Shown one piece after another: positions 60,640-64,000 of a stretch of DNA of 64,000 bases. This stretch comes from a bacterium (GTDB taxonomy: Bacteria; Patescibacteriota; Minisyncoccia; Phycocordibacterales; Phycocordibacteraceae): contig JAJZTG010000004.1 of NCBI GenBank assembly GCA_021849125.1, forward strand, positions 1,025-65,024, read 5' to 3'. The position numbers and the translations under genes are program-made. The notes beneath the pieces were generated by a model, which had not been told where the DNA came from, made no database searches, and saw nothing but the letters and a program-made list of their open reading frames with translations. The stretch's first letter is position 1; each line of letters starts with the position of its first letter.

Positions 60640-60656
60640 ATACCCCATGGGGGTAT
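60640..60656 (-). promoter_or_regulatory. Putative CsoR operator palindrome overlapping a TATAAT -10 element
   Basis: ATACCCC-ATG-GGGGTAT inverted repeat immediately upstream of csoR; minus-sense GGGGTATAATGG. Confidence 0.55.
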
Positions 60657-60747
60657 CAGATCAATGCTTCCCACCGCATGGGGATAAGGATTTCTCATAC
60701 TTTTCAGTGCCCTATACTGAAAGAGTCTTAGCCTAATTACCTTATTT

Positions 60748-61482
60748 ATGGGACATTTCTTCGTTCTGCTTCCTATCCTCCTTCTCATGGCAGCGCTCCT
60801 TGAGCGCGCGTACCGCGCCGATCGCACCAATACTTACGCGAAATATTTCCGCAACTTCGCGTGGCTCTGGACCGCCTGTACGCTCATCGGCTCGAGCTCG
60901 ATCTTCCTCGCGGAGTCCGGCATCCTCGACCTGAAGCCGCAATACGCGCAGCTCGTGGGCGCATCGCTCAGTCTCCCCTTCCATTACTTCGCGAGCGCAG
61001 CGCTCCTTCTCCTGCCTTTCGCGATCTACCGTAGGTATATGAAGGTCGGTTACGCGCTCGCGACGCTTGTCATCGCCGGAGGCGCGTTCATCGGCTCGGT
61101 AATCTTCGTCAAGGCGAACAACCTCTTCGCCTCTCTCGGCGCTTTCCAGGGAATCTACCAGTTCGCATGGGCGAACCTCCCTAACATCCGCCTCAGCGTC
61201 ATTCTCATCGTGCTCATCCCTGTCGCGCTCTTCTTCGTACGCGAGGCGCTCGTCGCGAGCACTGCGGAAGCACGCACACGTATCCTCGTCATCGCGATCG
61301 GTACGGCCTGGATCGGCGTCTTGGGCGGTGTCCATGTCTGGCTCGGTCCTCCTCCGGTCGGCTTCGAGGTGGACAATGCTGACCTGCTCCTCCCGCTCGG
61401 CTTCCTTATCGTCTTCCTCGGCCTCTTCTATCACCGTCGAACCGCCATCCAGGCACAGCCGAGCACTCCAGAGCTTAGCTAA
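60748..61482 (+). CDS. Polytopic membrane protein (probable sensor partner of the downstream kinase)
   Basis: 6-7 TM helices; stop overlaps the start of the histidine kinase. Confidence 0.45.
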   Translation: MGHFFVLLPILLLMAALLERAYRADRTNTYAKYFRNFAWLWTACTLIGSSSIFLAESGILDLKPQYAQLVGASLSLPFHYFASAALLLLPFAIYRRYMKVGYALATLVIAGGAFIGSVIFVKANNLFASLGAFQGIYQFAWANLPNIRLSVILIVLIPVALFFVREALVASTAEARTRILVIAIGTAWIGVLGGVHVWLGPPPVGFEVDNADLLLPLGFLIVFLGLFYHRRTAIQAQPSTPELS

Positions 61483-62556
61483 ATGTCTGAACAAAAACCG
61501 AACGGACCGACTTGGAGCGTCGTTAACAGTCTGCTCGGGCTTTTCGCGGGCCTCTATCTCGGCTCTTGGATCTTGAAAGAACTCATCTACCCGGGCGCGA
61601 CCGATGTGACCGCCTACGAACGGATCGTCTCGGATTTCACCGAAGCACCCGTCGTCTTCTGGCAAGCGGTGGTGCTGCTTAGTCTCAGCGCAGCAACGGG
61701 TTTCTTCGCAGGCTTGAGCATCTCGTTGACTCAGCTCTGGCTCAACGAGCGCACGTACTCTCGTGCGGTCCGTGAAGTCGCACGCTCGAAAGACGCGTTC
61801 ATCTCGATGGTGCTCCATCACATCAGGACGCCTCTAACCGGTATCAAGTGGGTACTTGCCGCGCTTGGCGGCGAGAACCAGGAAAAGATACTCACGCCTG
61901 AAAACCTACGCGCCCTGAAGCTTGAGAACGAACGTGCCATTACGGCCGTGAACGAGCTCCTCGAGGCTGCGCGCGTGAGTTCGGCACAGACGACCTACCA
62001 GGTCGAGATCCGTCCGGTCCCTGAAGTCTTTGCGCTTCTCGACGAGATTACCAACGCGGCAAAGTCGCTTGCTGCGGCAAAACATATCGTCCTGAAAGTA
62101 TCGCTTCTCCCTCCTCCGCCTAACACTTATATCGCGATCGACAAAGAGAAGCTGCAAATCGTCTTCGAAGGCCTTCTGAATAACGCCATCAAGTACACAC
62201 CTGAGAATGGTTCCGTGTCCGCTACCATGAGCGTCATCGGCCACCATCTTAACTTTACCGTCGCTGACACCGGCATCGGTATCCCTCCCGAACAGCAATC
62301 GAAGATATTCGGCCAGTTTTTTCGCGCAGATAATGCGCGCGTAAAGGAACCGGACGGTTTCGGAGTCGGTCTCTTCATAGGAAAGACGTTCGTCGAGCGC
62401 ATGAGGGGCACGCTCACGTTCACCTCGACACTCGGCAATGGCACTACATTTAGCGTTGAACTGCCCTTAGTTGGTGCCGCTGGAGAACGCTTCCTAGCCG
62501 GCATTACCGCCACGCCGGTCTCCACACCGCAACCAGACACCGCCCCCAAGGGCTGA
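61483..62556 (+). CDS. Sensor histidine kinase
   Basis: Two N-terminal TM helices; H-box MVLHHIRTPLTGI; N/G1/G2 boxes (NAIKYTP, DTGIGIP, GFGVGLFIG). Confidence 0.85.
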   Translation: MSEQKPNGPTWSVVNSLLGLFAGLYLGSWILKELIYPGATDVTAYERIVSDFTEAPVVFWQAVVLLSLSAATGFFAGLSISLTQLWLNERTYSRAVREVARSKDAFISMVLHHIRTPLTGIKWVLAALGGENQEKILTPENLRALKLENERAITAVNELLEAARVSSAQTTYQVEIRPVPEVFALLDEITNAAKSLAAAKHIVLKVSLLPPPPNTYIAIDKEKLQIVFEGLLNNAIKYTPENGSVSATMSVIGHHLNFTVADTGIGIPPEQQSKIFGQFFRADNARVKEPDGFGVGLFIGKTFVERMRGTLTFTSTLGNGTTFSVELPLVGAAGERFLAGITATPVSTPQPDTAPKG

Positions 62557-62568
62557 TATCATACGGTT

Positions 62569-62937
62569 ATGAAAATCCTAGTCATCGAAGACGATACGTT
62601 CCTCTCTTCCCTTATCTCAAGCGAACTTCAGGGTGCCGGATACGAGGTGCTCGCCGCTCATGACGGTACTCAAGGTCTCGAGATGGCGAAAGAAAAGCCT
62701 GATCTCATCATGCTTGATCTCGTGATGCCTGGTATGGATGGCTTTGAGACCCTCGCTGCCCTTAAGGCCGATCCGGCGACTGCAAGCATCCCGGTCGTCG
62801 TCGCAAGCAATCTCGGCGAAGCTGAGGAAATCAAGCGTGCCAAAGATGCCGGTGCGATAGATTTCCTCGTGAAGGTACACTTTACGCCGGCTGAGATCAT
62901 CGCGAAGATCCGTTCGCTCCTCCCCGGGGTGCACTAG
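62569..62937 (+). CDS. Single-domain response regulator (REC)
   Basis: MKILVIEDD..., phospho-acceptor in IMLDLVMPGMDGFE, conserved K in FLVKV. Confidence 0.85.
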   Translation: MKILVIEDDTFLSSLISSELQGAGYEVLAAHDGTQGLEMAKEKPDLIMLDLVMPGMDGFETLAALKADPATASIPVVVASNLGEAEEIKRAKDAGAIDFLVKVHFTPAEIIAKIRSLLPGVH

Positions 62938-62944
62938 CGCACGA

Positions 62945-62983
62945 AAAAGAAACCGCCGGCATTTATGCCGGCGGTTTCTTTTT
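62945..62983. terminator. Bidirectional rho-independent terminator
   Basis: aaagaaaccgccggc-attta-tgccggcggtttcttt hairpin between convergent genes. Confidence 0.6.
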
Positions 62984-62995
62984 CTGAAGAAGAGA

Positions 62996-63232
62996 TTACA
63001 TCCCCGAAGGGTTTGCGGAACATTCGCGGCAGGCTGCCTTGTGCGTAAACATGCACGAGAGCGCAGCGAGACCGACGAGCACGTAGACGAGATTCTCGAC
63101 CGTCGGCCAGGAGCCGAGGATGAGATTCACGACATTCCAATTGCTGCCCATGAACGAGCCGAGCCCGACGAGACCCCAATTGAGGCCGCCGATGACGAGG
63201 AGCAGGACTGAGAGACGGTGCGTTGATTTCAT
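62996..63232 (-). CDS. DUF378-family small membrane protein
   Basis: LLVIGGLNWGLVGL signature; start chosen at MKSTHRL within the longer ORF. Confidence 0.7.
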   Translation of the reverse strand: MKSTHRLSVLLLVIGGLNWGLVGLGSFMGSNWNVVNLILGSWPTVENLVYVLVGLAALSCMFTHKAACRECSANPSGM

Positions 63233-63436
63233 GCTGGAGGAATGGGTTTTGGTTAGCGCGGGGTGTCCCGCTCCTTTAAGTATGCCCTTCTTTTGCACCT
63301 TCTCGTGTCCCCCTGTGCAAAACTCGATAGAGGATAGCTCGGGTATACTGGAAATATCGTGCTTTCTACTTCCTCCCTCTTCTCAGCCTTCGCGCCTCTT
63401 TTCGCGCCTCTTCTTGTCGTTTTGCTGTGGCTTCTT

Positions 63437-64000
63437 ATGCGACCACGACGTTTCTATTTCGTCCGTCATGGCGAGACCTTGTTGAACGCGCAGCGCATCC
63501 GACAAGGCGAAGAAGGATTGCTTTCTCCGAAAGGCCGCGCTCAAGCCGAAAAAGTCGGCCTGTATCTGAAGCGCTTCCCTATCGAACGGATCATCACGAG
63601 CACCTACCCGCGCGCTGGAGAAACCGCAGCGATCCTTGCGACCGAACTCAAGGTTCCCGTTCTCGCTTCGAAGCTCTTTGCCGAACGAAAGAACCCTTCA
63701 GAGATCATCGGTAAGAGTACGCGCGATCCTGAAGTGATTCGTATCGTCGACCAGATGGACCTCGCCTATCACGCTGATGACTACCGCTTCTCTGACGAAG
63801 AGAGTTTTCTCGACATCAAGATGCGTGCGAAAAAGGCACTCGCTCTCCTCTCCCGCCAAGGTGCGCGTAATACCGTGATCGTGACGCATCACCATTTCCT
63901 CAAGATGCTCCTCGCCTATATGCTCTACCGAGAAAATATTCACGCCGGCGACTTCGTGAAGCTCTCTTTCTTCAATATTTCCGATAATGCCGGCATCACC
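63437..64000 (+). CDS. Histidine-phosphatase (phosphoglycerate-mutase family) protein, 3'-partial at window edge
   Basis: FVRHGETLLN RHG catalytic motif; open to window end; possible upstream GTG start (63359) adding a hydrophobic N-terminus. Confidence 0.7.
   Translation, partial: MRPRRFYFVRHGETLLNAQRIRQGEEGLLSPKGRAQAEKVGLYLKRFPIERIITSTYPRAGETAAILATELKVPVLASKLFAERKNPSEIIGKSTRDPEVIRIVDQMDLAYHADDYRFSDEESFLDIKMRAKKALALLSRQGARNTVIVTHHHFLKMLLAYMLYRENIHAGDFVKLSFFNISDNAGIT

Noticed and set aside
60742-61821. 359-aa minus-strand ORF
   Set aside because: Antisense to the membrane protein and histidine kinase genes; Arg/Glu/Asp-rich with no motifs; GC-frame artefact.

Overview
The window is from a high-GC (about 60% by eye) bacterium; gene content suggests a monoderm lineage. 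Housekeeping genes (pyrG, ftsEX, prfB, a tRNA cluster, ppsA-eno, gatCA, ligA) flank four notable regions. (1) A mosaic, largely low-GC genomic island of about 16 kb (23.4-39.7 kb) lies at the 3' side of an initiator-like tRNA(CAT) gene. It carries a large serine recombinase, a ParB-nuclease/DNA-methyltransferase fusion, and a 1598-aa SF1 helicase with a C-terminal DUF559/Vsr-like endonuclease domain (similar to single-gene Hhe-type defence proteins) in an operon with a DUF2779-type nuclease and three unknown genes. A four-copy repeat family of tRNA-3'-end-like motifs with terminator hairpins partitions the island into single-gene modules. (2) A co-directional trio (PaaK-like adenylating enzyme, SagB/Acg-type nitroreductase, ThiF/E1-like protein) looks like an uncharacterised modification or biosynthetic cassette. 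(3) A complete type IV pilus/competence locus without a secretin (pilMNO, pilB, a CheY-like regulator, pilT, pilC, two tandem pilA paralogs sharing an identical ~106-nt 5' segment, pilD, four minor pilins, comF). (4) A csoR-copA copper operon with a recognisable CsoR operator palindrome overlapping a -10 box. No CRISPR array was seen. Many long ORFs antisense to real genes are high-GC artefacts and were not annotated.
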